DNA of 64,000 bases from Eledone cirrhosa (Eukaryota), in assembly GCA_964016885.1 (NCBI GenBank), contig OZ024743.1:120280001-120344000 (forward strand), read 5' to 3'. This document shows, piece after piece, positions 1 through 12,603 of this stretch (its first letter is position 1; every line of letters starts with the position of its first letter). The notes under the pieces are model-generated. The model did not search any database. It was not told the origin of the DNA and was given only the letters and a program-made list of their open reading frames with translations. The translations under genes were made by a program, and so were the position numbers.

Positions 1-15
1 CTTACTTTATAACGA

Positions 16-1044
16 CTAGCAGAAAAACCACCCTTTCGGTGATTTTCTGCTAGCATATGTATTGTGTATATTGATATTATACACAAATATATATGCATGT
101 AAATATACATCAAATAAAATCGTAATTGAATACAGAAATTGAACAAAGCCTATGTTACACTGTCTTCTGTAATCAGTAATCCATGATATATTAAAAAAAA
201 CACGACATTATATATAAACTGTATTAGGAGAAAATTAGCGACGGAAATATATGCGATTATAAGTGTTATAATATAACGGCCGCTAACCGGAAGTGTTGAC
301 ATTTGATAATTTTAAAGAATTGAATTTTAAAGATCTTTAAATAAGCTATAAAATATATTTAATCAACAGCCACGAAATTTAGCACATAAATTATGCAATA
401 TTCATTCATTGCAGTGTCGGTAGAGGGTCGGACGCCATGCTTTCCAGCATAGTTACGTCCCTTTACGATCTGAGTTCAAATCCCGCCGAGGTTGACTTTG
501 CTTTTCATCCTTACGGGGTCGATAAAATAAAGTACCAGTAATGCACTGGGTATTTGCTGGCCTTGTGCCTAAAGTAGAAACAATTATTTATGTATCGGTA
601 GAGGGTCGGATGTCATGCTTTGACGCATAGAGTTACGGCCCTTTCTATTCTGAGTTCAAATCCCGCCGAGGTTAACTTTGCCTTTCATCCTTACGGGGTC
701 GATAAAATATAGTACCAGTGATGTACTGAGTATTTGCTGGCCTTGTGCCAATAGTAGAAACAATTATTTATTCAAAGTAAAGGTAGAGGGTCGGACGCCA
801 TGCTTTGAAGCATAGTTACCTCCCTTTATGATCTGAGCTCAAATCCCACCGAGGTTAACTTTGCCTTTCATCCTTACGGGGTCGATAAAACAAAGTACCA
901 GTGATATACTGGGATAATTGCTGGCCTTGCGCCAAAAGTAGAAACAATTATTTATTCAAAGTAATCCAACTTATTTTACAAACGGAGTAAAAAAATATAT
1001 TCTGGACGCAATCCTGCAGACCTTCCTTTATTATAGTTAAGATT
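16..1044 (+). mobile_element. Non-autonomous Helentron/HINE-like element, interrupted by three SINEs
   Basis: Starts ACTAGC followed by a subterminal hairpin (agcagaaaaaccaccc-tttc-ggtggattttctgct) and ends TATTATAGTTAAGATT. An inverted paralogue lies at about 13195-13702. Confidence 0.6.
408..952 (+). mobile_element. Three head-to-tail tRNA-derived SINE copies (about 408-590, 592-768, 781-952)
   Basis: Box A/B-like TGGCAGTATCGGTAGAG and GAGTTCAAATCCC, central GCCTTTCATCCTTACGGGGTCGATAAAAT, tail GGCCTTGTGCC..TAGAAACAATTATT. Confidence 0.9.
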
Positions 1045-1127
1045 GCTATTTTGTGAATATGTTGATTCCATCCTCCCCATTTATATATCAATATGTCTGC
1101 TTGTTTGTTTGTTTATCTATCTATCTG

Positions 1128-1435
1128 AAACCGTCAAAGGTGGGTGAATGTGGCAAAAATGGCCCGAGTGATTGGGCCTTCTCTGTTTATAAGCCTGTAG
1201 GTTAAAGAAGAGGGCAAAAGGAAGAAGGGAGCACTTGCACAACACGCTCTGAAGTTGAGGGTTGTTCTATTGACGGGGTATTAAACAACCAATTTGTGGG
1301 GCTTCCCCCCCTATTGGAGATTTCGATTGTTATAAGTGTTTGTTTTATATTTTTTACACGACTGTATGTAAAATCCCCGGCATGTCTTTGTATTGTCCTC
1401 TTTTCTTGTGCGCCCTTGTGGTAAATAAAGAAATC
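1128..1435 (+). mobile_element. 5'-truncated Tx1-like LINE 3' end in (TATC)n
   Basis: Homologous to the ORF2 end and 3' UTR at about 55730-56030 (GCCCGAGTGA..GGGCCT, CCCCCCTATTGG, CCCTTGTGG.AATAAAGAAATC). TATC repeats on both sides. Confidence 0.75.
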
Positions 1436-1469
1436 TATCTATCTATCTATCTATATGTCTGTCTATCTA

Positions 1470-1504
<35 letters not shown>

Positions 1505-1610
1505 GCCCGCTTGTCTGCTTATCTATTTGTGTATCTGCTTGTCTGTCTAACTATGTGTGTATGTATGTGCGTGTGTCTGTCTGTTCTGTGTGCGTGAGTA
1601 TGTATGTATG

Positions 1611-3688
1611 TTCTGGTTGTATAATTTTATAAATGTTTACCAATAGAGAGAGAAATAAATATTCTCCTTTCATTGGAATTTAGATAACATCAACTAGGTA
1701 GATATGTATGCATGTGTATGCAGGTATGGATCTTATTGTATGTGTATGTTTTGAGTTATATGCATGCATGTACTTATGTTTTTTATCTGTACATGTATGC
1801 ATACAGTAATTACATGCAGAATTTTTGGAATGTTTTATATATTTTTACTGTTCCATTAATGGAATGTACTTGTAATTTTCTAAGTAGTCATGTTCCTTCA
1901 GGTTCTGTAAAGCCCAGCTTTTCAAGATTTGTACTGAGGCAGTTACTAACAAATCTCAGTGCCCCAATAATCACAGGTATAAATCTGAAGGCATAGTCAG
2001 GGTGGTGTGTCTGCAGATTCCTCATTAGTTCTGCATAAATATTCTCCTTTTTGCTAATCTTTGTTATTATATTGGCATCTGCTGGGCAGCTAACTTCCAC
2101 TACTGAGCAAGTCTTCTTTTCCTTGACCCATTATACCTGAACTGTTATGCTTGCATTTTATTGAGGTTTTGACTGGAAAATTCCACCAAGTACTTTTTCA
2201 TATTATGTATATGACTTCTACATTGTTGTAACTTTTAATATGTTTATTGTCAGGGTTATCTTTTCTACAGATTGTATTGTATAGTTTTTTGGCCACTATA
2301 TCATGGCTCATAGGTAGATAGTACCGTGATGACATCTTTGGACAGCTGCTTATGGCAAGGGTGACATTTTTTATGTTAATTCTGCAGAATCTGCACTTGT
2401 TGTCACATCTAGGTGTTTTGCCTGCATCCCTATCTCTTTTGTGAATCAGGTATTTTGTATTGATTTCTTGTTCTTGGATTGCAAAAGCATATCCTCAAAG
2501 TTAGAACCAATATAGCGGTTGTTGGTCCAAGATAGATATATTACTCTCACTCTGGAGCTTCCTGACAACATATACATGCATGATTTTTTGATTCACTACA
2601 GTATTGCTAGGCAATTTCCCTGGGTGTGAGTTTTTGATTATCATGCAGGGAGTATCTTTCAGGGAGTTCCTTCCAAACTCTCAAGATTTTATCTGTTTCA
2701 TGTAAATAGACTTGCTCAATAGATGGGCTTGGATGTTCGTAGATATTGTTGGAGGGATATGATGCAACACTCAAATGCTGTCTGGACTGATGTTATGCTT
2801 CTGCCTCTCTGCTTACATTTCAAGTAGAGGCGGTCTATGTCACTGGTGGAAGTTTTCGCTGTTGTTTAGGATTTTTTGGGTTCTAACATCAATATCTCAG
2901 ATTTCGTCTATCGTCCAATGTTGGTGTGAGGACAGGAACAGCAAACACATTGTGAGCCAGTGTTTTATTGTGCGCAGAGATTTATAATAATGATAATAAT
3001 AATGAAATTATTGTGTAAAGTGCTTAGGTGCACTACAACAATAGATGACAATATTTTTCTTAATCGCGTGTAATATTCTCTGTTACGCGTTTCTTGTTAC
3101 AGATACCATCATAGGATATATTCTCATCTATTCCTAGTTATCTGTAGCAGGCCTTGTCAGATATTGGTGAAACAGTTAGGCCATTGATAAAAATGTTGCT
3201 TGACTGGCTTGTAGTTTTTCCCCACTTTACAATCATCTATGAGCATTTATCTTGGACAAACTCTATTCCTATATCCTTTGTGATCATCGTAAACAGGTCA
3301 TTTTTCTTAATCCCATTTATGTTTTAGGCATAGAGTTTCAGGTCATCCACAAAGAACAAATGGGTTAGGTTTGTATTTCTGTCCTCCTGTGAGCCATTTA
3401 TGTATACTTCACATTTCTTGATCAGGAAGGACAAGGGGTTTAATGACAGAATAAATAGTATAAATAGTAGCACAGAGAGACTGTCTCCTTGATCTCTACT
3501 CCTGTGATATTTTATTTTATCAGTGAAAATAGAGACCCCTTTCTCTGTTTTTAACTTCAGGATAGTTGCTTTAGAAAAAGATAGGTTCTCTATGGCTCTG
3601 ATAATAGTGTCTGAGACTTTTTGTCTCAGACAAGTTGGGGGTCCTCTATCATCCAAGAGTGGGGAACAGAATCACATGCTTTTCTGTA
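1611..3688 (-). mobile_element. Decayed R4-like RLE non-LTR retrotransposon, (CATA)n-bounded family, copy 1
   Basis: RT remnant (QGDSLSVLLF...HLFFVDDLKLYA, ORF 3324-3656), CCHC knuckle remnant and RLE remnant (EVSCPADANI...PVIIGAL); internal deletions. Confidence 0.85.
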
Positions 3689-3705
3689 GTATGTATCTAT
3701 GTATG

Positions 3706-4577
3706 TTCTTCTGGTTTTATAATTTCACAAATTGTTGCCAATAGAGAGAGAATGTCGGTTTCTAACATAGATACAAGACTCTCTCATTGGAATTTACATA
3801 ACATCAACTAGGTAGATATGTATGCATGCATGCATGTGTGTGCAGGTATGGATGTTATTGTATGTGTGGATGTGTATGTTTTGAGTTGTATGTCTGCATG
3901 TGCATATGCTTTGTATCTGTACATGTGTATATGCAGTTATTAGATGCAAAATTTTTGGAATGTTTTTACATATTTTTACTGTTCCATTAATGGATTGTAC
4001 TTGTAATTTCCTAACTAGTTGTGTTCTTTCTGTTTCTGCGAAGCGAAGCTTCTCTAGATTTGTATTGAGGCAGTTACTAACATATCCCAGTGTCCCAATA
4101 ATCACAGGCGTGAATCTGAAGGTATAGTCAGAGTGGAATATCTGCAGATTTCTCATTAGTTCTGCATAGGTATTCTCCTTTTCACTAATCCTTGATATAT
4201 TGGCATCTGCTGGGCAGCTAACTTCCACTACTGTGCATGCCTTTTTTTCCCTGCCCCATATCATTATATCTGATCTGTTATGCCTGTATTTTATTGGGTT
4301 TTTACTGGAACATTCCACCAGTACTCTTTCATATTATTTATATGTATGTCTTCCACATCGCCGTAGCTTTTAATGTGTTTATTACTGGGGTTATCTTTTC
4401 TAGAGATTGCATTGTACAGTGGCCACTACATCATGCCTCATAGGTAGATAGTACCGTGATAACATCTTTGGACAGCTGCTTATGACATGGGTGACATCTT
4501 TGATGTTAATTCTGCAGAGTCTGCACTTGTCACATCTAGGTGTTTTGCCTGCATTTCTATCTCTTTTGTGAATCAGG
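3706..4577 (-). mobile_element. R4-like (CATA)n-bounded family, 5'-truncated copy 2
   Basis: CRLC...HVISSC knuckle, RHD motif, and HNRSDIMIW...VEVSCP RLE motif. TATG repeats at both ends. Confidence 0.9.
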
Positions 4578-4754
4578 TATGTATGTATGTAAAACATAAT
4601 TTGGAATTGGAACGCTAACTGGCTCCTTGCTACTCTACTTATTTACTTTTTGGATTACCAAAGGACTCCCTGAATATTTGGATTTTTGAAAACTATAACA
4701 CACACACATTTTTGAAACTATATATATATATATGTGTGTTGTTATACTTTGGAG

Positions 4755-5107
4755 GGTCATGGTGGGTCGTAAGTCGTGCACCAAAGCATTAAAAACATTT
4801 TAGTATACATGTACACTGTATTGTTTAATAATAAAAATTAAATTGAAATAACAAAGGTATCATTTTCATCATTCCGTCATCTGTGATTTTAAGGTACTGA
4901 TTGAGTCCAATGGTTGACATTTTGCGCGACAGCTTACGCTTGATTATTCCCCTAACTTCATTTTGTTTAGGGAGATAGAGATGATCCACAACACAAAAAG
5001 ACGATTATAATTAAATTAAATGTAAGCGATAATTCAGTTCATTGTTAATACAGTTAATACGTTAAGACAATTAATGCTTTGGTGCGCTACTTAACCCCCC
5101 CCCCCTC
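4755..5107. mobile_element. MITE-like element with about 30-bp terminal inverted repeats
   Basis: GGGTCGTAAGTCGTGCACCAAAGCATTAA (4764-4792) versus TTAATGCTTTGGTGCGCTACTTAACCCC (5071-5098); TA repeats nearby on both sides. Confidence 0.6.
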
Positions 5108-5110
5108 TCA

Positions 5111-5127
5111 ATATATATATGTATATA

Positions 5128-5185
<58 letters not shown>
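5111..5185. repeat. (TA)n microsatellite
   Basis: Read directly. Confidence 0.95.
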
Positions 5186-5188
<3 letters not shown>

Positions 5189-5762
5189 AATTATAATTGT
5201 CTTCAAATACAGATACAATTTTTATTTGAAAATAAATAGTTTATGCTCATGTTATGTGTTTGTCAATGGGACTGCAAAAAAGAACCGGTAATGCATGGGT
5301 TGCTGTTTATAGTTGTTGTTTTTTAACTCCTGGCCTTTTTCCTATTTAATCTCCGGCTGTGAAAAAATACCAAATAAACATTATAGAAGAAATTGTTATT
5401 CAACTTCAATAATAACCAGGTTCACTACATTTTCTTTCAAAAGATGGCAACATGAATGGACCTGTTATTTTTTCCGATTCTGCCCTGCCCGTCTCTTCAA
5501 TCTTTCAAATTTCTCTCTTCATTTTGATGAATGACTGGCGTTCAAAACGTTAAGCTCTTCCTGCTATTTCAAGCGTTAAACTAATATATTCCTTCCATTT
5601 ACTGTACTGTTTGTGTTGTTATTTCCGTTTACCTTTTACATACATATATAAAGATCACATTTATATTATAGCAAAATGAGTAAAATATGCTTCACTGAGA
5701 AGGTTTAATAAAACGGAAACAGCTTTAAAAACCAAATCGATTCCATTCTACATTGTCCATTT

Positions 5763-6170
5763 TAGTGGTTCCCAAACCGTGCACCTCGATACACAGGTGC
5801 ACATCAAGCTGTAAGAAATTGCAGCGCAAAAGAGAAAGATTCTATTTCAAAATATCAAAAATACAAATTGAAATGCGTAATAAAGTTCATGTGTAACTGA
5901 AAGTAGGAAACATCTAAACTAAAATTGAAAACATTCCCCCAAAACACCAAACACCTGTTTCTCATCGATAACTTTGCTCTATTTATTGACTAAAGAAAGT
6001 AGTACATATAATTTTTCTGTATTTTTAAGTATCTATAATTCTATCTCATGCTAATATGTATTAGCATAAGATCTATATTGAATAAATTTTCGAATTTAGC
6101 TACAAAGTGCATCAAAATATTTTCACTTGTCCTAATGTGCGCAGTGAGTAAAATAAGTTTTCGAACGTCT
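5763..6170. mobile_element. Possible decayed hAT-type MITE
   Basis: Left end TAGTGGTTCCCAAAC resembles hAT/Charlie termini; the right end (AAGTTTTCGAACGTCT) is a weak match. Confidence 0.35.
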
Positions 6171-6670
6171 AAATTGTCAAACAATTTCAATCTTATTAAG
6201 GTTATCTCCATTGGTTGATTAAAACAAACATAATTTAATGTCCCACAGCAGTTTTAATTGACTAATTGCAAGAACAGTTTCTGTTGCTCGAAGTTCTTCT
6301 TCACCATTGCCCACTTATTCTTTATACATTTGTAATGTTATTTAGGTATATATGCATATGATTTAATAAAACTTCTTTTAAAAAATTGTAATACTTTAAC
6401 GTATTTATATTTAGTATAGAGAGCTCTAGGCTGAGGTATTTCCTCTCAGCAATATTGTTGATATAAACTAATACTATTTTTGAAGCTTCAAGCAATATTT
6501 AAAGCTGCAATGCACGAAATTATAAAGTTTAATGTTTATATGAGATTTCCTTTGTTACTTTCAGACAAAAGACATAAGTGAAAATAACATATTAAATGCA
6601 GTTTCTATTTCTATTTGCATAAATAATATTATTTTTACATGAATATTATTATTATTATCTTTGACTATAA

Positions 6671-6832
6671 AATAATTGTTTCTACTTTTGGCACATTACT
6701 GGTACTTTATTTTATCGACCTCGTAAGGATGAAAGGCAAAGTTAACCTCGACGGGATTTGAACTCAGAATGGCAAGGACCGTAACTCTATGCTGCAAAGT
6801 ATGGTGTCCGACCCTCTACCGATACTGTCAAT
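6671..6832 (-). mobile_element. tRNA-derived SINE (antisense arm of an inverted pair)
   Basis: Reverse complement of the SINE consensus seen at 408-952. Confidence 0.9.
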
Positions 6833-6857
6833 ATGAGCGCAATCAGTATGTATATAC

Positions 6858-7050
6858 GGGTGATTATTTGGCAGTATCGGTAGAGGGTCGGACGCCATAC
6901 TTTGACGCATAGAGTTACGGCCCTTGCCATTCTGAGTTCAAATCCCACCGAGGTTAACTTTGCCTTTCATCCTTACGGGGTCGATAAAATAAAGTACCAG
7001 TAATACACTGTTATTTGCTGACCTTGTGCCAAAAGTAGAAACAATTATTT
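6858..7050 (+). mobile_element. tRNA-derived SINE ending 50 nt upstream of the TM2D2 ATG
   Basis: Near full-length copy with GAAACAATTATT tail. Confidence 0.9.
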
Positions 7051-7100
7051 AAAAAGGGAAATAATATTGAGTATACGCGAGTTAATTCCCCTTATTTCTC

Positions 7101-7255
7101 ATGGCTGAACATTGGGTTGTGTTTATTCCGACGTTTTGCGTCTTCATTGACGCTTGTTTTGGAAACTCTTTAAACTTTGACAAAGAAAAATGTATGAATG
7201 AATCTTGTGGAGCAACATATAAGTCATACAGTCCATTAATTCTTTGCTCGTATCT
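7101..7255 (+). CDS. TM2D2: TM2 domain-containing protein 2, coding exon 1
   Basis: ATG at 7101 reads MAEHWVVFIPTFCVFIDACFGNSLNFDKEKCMNESCGATYKSYSPLILCSY(L). It has a signal-peptide-like N-terminus and the TM2D2 SPxILCSYL motif, and ends at a phase-2 GTGAGT donor. Confidence 0.9.
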
Positions 7256-7599
7256 GTGAGTATTTCTAATTAATTCTTTTGTAGAAAAAAAATCGTGAAA
7301 GCTTTTGTTCAACCAGCTTCTGTACTCTAATAATTCTATTTTAATTTAGTTAAACATGATTAATATTCGATTTTCAGAATTTATGATGTTCTTTTACATA
7401 TTGTATACTGCTTGTAAAAAGACAAAACAAATAGTAAGCTATATAGATCGTCATCTTGTGGGAATTATATTTAATGAATAGATAATTAAAAGGCTAGTGT
7501 ATATTCAGATATGTGGTATTTGTAAACAATGTTAATCGATGACTAATTTTATTTTCAAATTGACGAGATAAATTCATACAAATCCAACGTATTAAAATA

Positions 7600-8260
7600 T
7601 TCGTATGCAACTAAAGTTTATACATATTTGATATAACAAATTAGCGACAAAAGTCGTACGGCATAACTAGAGTTGAGTACCCTCATCGCGACTTTGTTTC
7701 CTTATAATTTCCATTAATAATGCGTATTTTTACAGAATTTCGCAAAGATACGTTTACGAAGGTGTCGATTATGATTATACTGATGAAATTAAACTTTTTG
7801 CTGGTTCTAAACAGTAGATTATTACGGTTTAAAAATGAACAAATGTTCATTATTGTATTATACTTCCGTTAATGTTTTCATGCGGTGTTGTTTGTAGTTG
7901 GCTAAATTTAAACTCAGAAATGTTTTTATCATGCTTTCAAATTTTATGTTGACAATGAATAATATCAACCAGAATAATGTCAGAAATTTTTTTACATGAA
8001 CGTAATGTTATTTATACGACTATGAACTGCGAAAAAATAATTACAAACAATAATAAAACAAATACTTTTAAAAAACAAAGTTGAATCCACACAATCGTCA
8101 TTTACACACCCGAAGAGGTATCTTTGCAAAATTTCACTAACGAATATACATAATTAAGAAAGTTAAGCGTATGGGGAGAGCACTAAACTATAGTTATGCA
8201 AATCATACATATATATATTTTGTAAAAACCTGACTTGGACTTCAACTGTCGGATTTGCCT
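7600..8260. mobile_element. Foldback/MITE-like element with long degenerate inverted repeats
   Basis: GCATAACTAGAGTTGAGT (about 7661) pairs with ACTAAACTATAGTTATGC (about 8182-8199); AATTTCGCAAAGATAC pairs with GTATCTTTGCAAAATT. Ends are approximate. Confidence 0.55.
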
Positions 8261-8339
8261 TGGATTTCAACAGACAAAAGGTTTATAAAGTCAGTGGAGC
8301 ATTGAAAGGTTACAGTTGAATAAACATTCTTCCCGCCAA

Positions 8340-8647
8340 CACCACCCTTTCTCTATAAAGTTATGTTGGTACCACAACATCCAGTCCAAACTAATGAAGT
8401 CATGTAGGTGTCAAGACAAAAAACACACAGTCCACCCTGTAATGTGGTCGTGTAGGTAACACGGTAAAAAGTTCCCAGTCCACACTGTAAATGTAGTTGG
8501 TGATAGGAAGGGCATCCAGCCGTAGAAAAGCTGCCAGATAGTCCTATACGAGTGAGACACGGTCACCCGACCAATCTTGCCTCAAGTGGGACAACTCTCG
8601 TCTAACCCATGCTAGCGCGGAAGATAGACGTTAAATGATGATGATGA
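8340..8647 (+). mobile_element. RTE LINE 3' UTR fragment with (TGA)n tail
   Basis: Close match to 29340-29668. Confidence 0.9.
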
Positions 8648-8829
8648 AGAGCCCAGTTTGTATTAGTTTCAATAGCATAGAGATGCAATTAGCAAAGCAA
8701 ATAGCAAAAAAAAAAAGGAGTCGAAAGAAAAAAAGAAAGGGCATGCAAGCTCCCTTAATTACACCCCACAATAAGGAATTCTCCTGTTCTGTTCAATTTT
8801 TTAAAAATCAACCTGAAATTCTCATGTTA

Positions 8830-10010
8830 TTACCATGAGTGACAGCAAGGCTAAGGTGCTGGACTAGCCAAGCACCTTTACAAGTGTCAACAATGGAAAA
8901 AGTTTTGTTGTCAGTCACCCTGTAACCCTCAAACGTCTCAAATGCTACAAACTGAAAATTGTAATTCACTGGCAAATTATATATTCCATTTTTCTATGGA
9001 TACATTAGACCCACCTCCACTGCAGTATTTAGCGTGTTTGATGGAACAAAAGAGTCACTAATATTGGCACCTCACATGAAGTATCTATCGCTAGCCCAAA
9101 GACAAAAGGGTAAACTCCTTGGACCTGAACAATCCTGTAGGTATGGTTATCAACCCTGGCTAGGGTTTATTTTGTAATTAAGTGCAGCTTTGTGGTGAGT
9201 GAAGTAACCTGCATTCAGTTGACATGACAATCCATGAAGGTCTAGAATTAAGAGGCTTGCCACATCAACATTTTGGTCCTCCCACATACATTGGTCCTAT
9301 GATAATGATGCAAAGCCCATCTGAACTTGATGAGCCACCAATAGGCTGACCAAGGGCAGACCATGCCAATAGGGAAAGGATAATTATACAAGGATAGAGG
9401 GAAAAAATTTAGTGAGTAGATCTATTTTATTTGTATGTTGAGGATATGGATGATTAAGTATTGAAAATTTACATTTGGAACCATTAGCTTGAATGCCTCT
9501 ATGACCAAGTTCCTTAGTAATCAACTTCACTGTGCTATCTAGGGTCTCCATGAACAAACATCATCAAGGTATGGGCAGTTGACATATACATCTAAATCAA
9601 ACCTCACCTGGCAAGATAATTGATGCTGAGTGCAAACTAAGCAGGACTGAATGTGTCACCTTGTTGAACTCAATGCACTGGTCACCAAAGTTAAGATAGT
9701 GGGGTTCTTGATAATCTCATCTAATTAAATAGAACCCTAGTATCTTCTTTTTCATTCAGGTGAGGATAACATCACATCTGAATTGAAGGCATTCTTCAGA
9801 TCAAGTTCAAGATCTACCTTAGTGATTTCAAAAGGAGTTTCACAAATATTTTTGTGATGTGGACAGCTGCTTGACACCTTACTTAAGTATCAGCCATGAG
9901 CTGAGTCAGTTCAAATTCCCAAAAGTGATGATATGAGACTGATGACCAACACACTTTTGCAACAGTCTACTTGACTTGTGCATTTCTCCCTAAAACCCAT
10001 ATGCTTGCCA
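8830..10010 (-). mobile_element. Decayed CRE-clade-like reverse transcriptase
   Basis: Minus-strand remnants LELDLKNAFNS (about 9780-9815) and VQQGDTFSPA*FALSI (about 9625-9670), with many stops. Ends are approximate. Confidence 0.5.
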
Positions 10011-10492
10011 CTTTTAGATAATTTTATTTTCTTTGGTTACTTTTCCACTTTCAGATTCTTTCATATATTAACTCTTCAAAATATTCTCACTTTTAATTCA
10101 ATTACTAAAAAAACAAAACACTACCTTTATTGTGTAGCGAATTGACAGAGTAATTAGAACGTCAGATAGAATGCTTTGCAGTATTTGTTCATCCCTCTCC
10201 TGCATCCATACTGCATTCCACTCTCCTCTTTCTTAACTAATATATATGGACCAAGAAATAGTCATTGACTGACAGATGTTAAAACTGAATATATATCATT
10301 TTTATTGCATTGCTTTTACTATAGTTTATGATTTCATTAATGTATTTCTTTATAATTTATCAGTTGGCAATGGGCTTTCTTTAAGGATACTTTAATTGTT
10401 TCAGTTGGTTTCTTGTAATTCATAATATTTAGTTTTTTTGCAATGAACAATTTTTAGACTAATTCTTCTTATACTTCAAAATTTTCTTGTAG

Positions 10493-10580
10493 GCCAATAG
10501 AGTTTTTGAATTGTAGTCCTCCTCAAGATCTTGAAGAGAATGAAACTGCTCGTGAAATGTTGGGTTACGGTTGTACAAAA
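10493..10580 (+). CDS. TM2D2: TM2D2 coding exon 2
   Basis: Acceptor ttttcttgtAG and donor GTAAGT; (L)PIEFLNCSPPQDLEENETAREMLGYGCTK; phase fits exons 1 and 3. Confidence 0.95.
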
Positions 10581-12410
10581 GTAAGTAATTGATCACATCA
10601 TTTTAAATAACATTTAGTAAATTTGAAATGTAAATAATACATTCTTCCTTTAATATTTAACATTCTTCCATCAGTACATTGATGACTTTATTACTGTTAT
10701 CTCTTACACCAATGATCCACACTTCCCTTCACTTTTTTAATTTGCTGCACACAAGCCTTTTTCACATGTAAGGCAAACCTCTGATACAAATTTTTTTTTT
10801 TCAATTGGCACCAAGACACAGGCTTTACATACACACTACATGACACACTTTTCATAAAGAACACTCAGATAAAATCTTCACACTCTGTTAATCACCCTCA
10901 TGGCATTTGGTTTTTATTAGAAATGATGAATGAACTAAGCATAATGTAAAATATTTTGAGAAATCAATAGACTTAACACTTTAACATTTAAACCAGCCAT
11001 ATCCGGCCAGAATTCTCTTCTCCTCTTTCTGTTCAAACCAGCCATAACTGGCCGCCCATACTGATGGTAAGGTTTTGTTTTCAAAATAAATAACATCAAA
11101 GTCTCATAGATTCAATATTATGTGAGATAATTATGTAAGATAAAGCCTTTACGACAAAAATACAATAGTATATATATAGAATAATGTAAATGCTAAAAGG
11201 TTAATAGGAAACATAATGAATAATGGAGTAGAGAAAGTTTTCAATTAAGGCCTTATATTGCTATTTCAGAGAATGAACAAGGAACAATGGGAGAGTAGGT
11301 TGGATATTGTGATATTTGTAAATAAAGTGAAATGACCTAAACTAAAAATTAAAATCTAGTCATGGAAATGGCTTGATGAGAGCTTTTCTCTCCCCATTAT
11401 GATTCTTACCAAAGAGCAGCTAATAAAGTTATATACTTATCCATCTATCTAATATTCATCCAAATTAAATGAAATATTGCATTGTGGTTGTTTATTAAAA
11501 ACTTGGGGTTTGTAAAAGAAAAAAGAGCTGATCATCAGATCAGACTAAGGAAACTATATTTGGTCTTCCTATTGCCAATTCTTTCTGTTGGTTACAACTC
11601 CTGGCTGAAGGATTTGAACTTAGAATGCACAGAGCCAGATCAGATTCCCCAAAGCATCCTGGTTATCATGTTAATAATTCCACCAATCCACCACCACTGG
11701 ATTGGTACTTTATTTATTGACCATGATATGGTGAAAAGCAAAGTTAACTGTAGCAGGATATAAACTCAAAATGCAGAGCCAAAACAAATATCAAGGCATT
11801 TAATCCAACGATCTAGTGACTATGCCAATTCACTGCCTGACAAAACAGTAATTGAAATACAGGTTTTGTAGGATGTATAATATATCATTGGGCATTCCAC
11901 CCATTAAGTCACTATCTACTGTGCTATTTGCCACATATCATCACATTCTATTCAATGTGTGTCACAGACTGAGTAGTGAGAGAAAGCATTTGATTTGTTT
12001 TTATTCAACCACTGTCCATTATCATTCATACCCACTCTCACCTCAGGCCATCATATTTCTGCCACTATACCTAACATCTGTGTAATAAGGAATGGGATTG
12101 AATGTATCCATATTCAACACTAACAATCATTTTCTCTCATTATGAAACCCTTAGTTGACATTTGCCATTCTCAACTTTCATTACCCTTATCTGCTAATAC
12201 TCTGCCATCACTTTAACTCTTCCCCATGAGACTCTTAACTGACATCTGCCACTCTCATTTACCATCACACTTCTCTATTGCTATCAATTCATCATTTGCT
12301 TTTTTTCTATCATGCTGCTCATTCAGTTTTTTACTCTATCTTCTACCAACAACCGTTTAGTTACCAATGTCCCTTTTCCCTTAAGACTTACATTATTATT
12401 ATGCTGTATT

Positions 12411-12603
12411 AGGGTGATGGATTGGCAGTATAAGTAGAGCATCAGACAACATGCTTTACGATACAGAGTTACATCCCTTTACGTTCTGAGTTCAAATCCC
12501 GCCGAGGTTAGCTTTGCCTTTCATCCTTATGGGGTCAATGAAATAAAGTACCAGTAATGGACTGAGGTAATGCTGGCCTTGTGCAAAAAGTAGAAACAAT
12601 TAT
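12411..12603 (+). mobile_element. Full-length tRNA-derived SINE with TSD
   Basis: ATTATTATGCTGT at 12395-12407 and 12599-12611. Confidence 0.9.

Noticed and set aside
5460-5600. Possible minus-strand exon of a neighbouring gene
   Set aside because: Only short frames, a weak acceptor and no recognisable protein.
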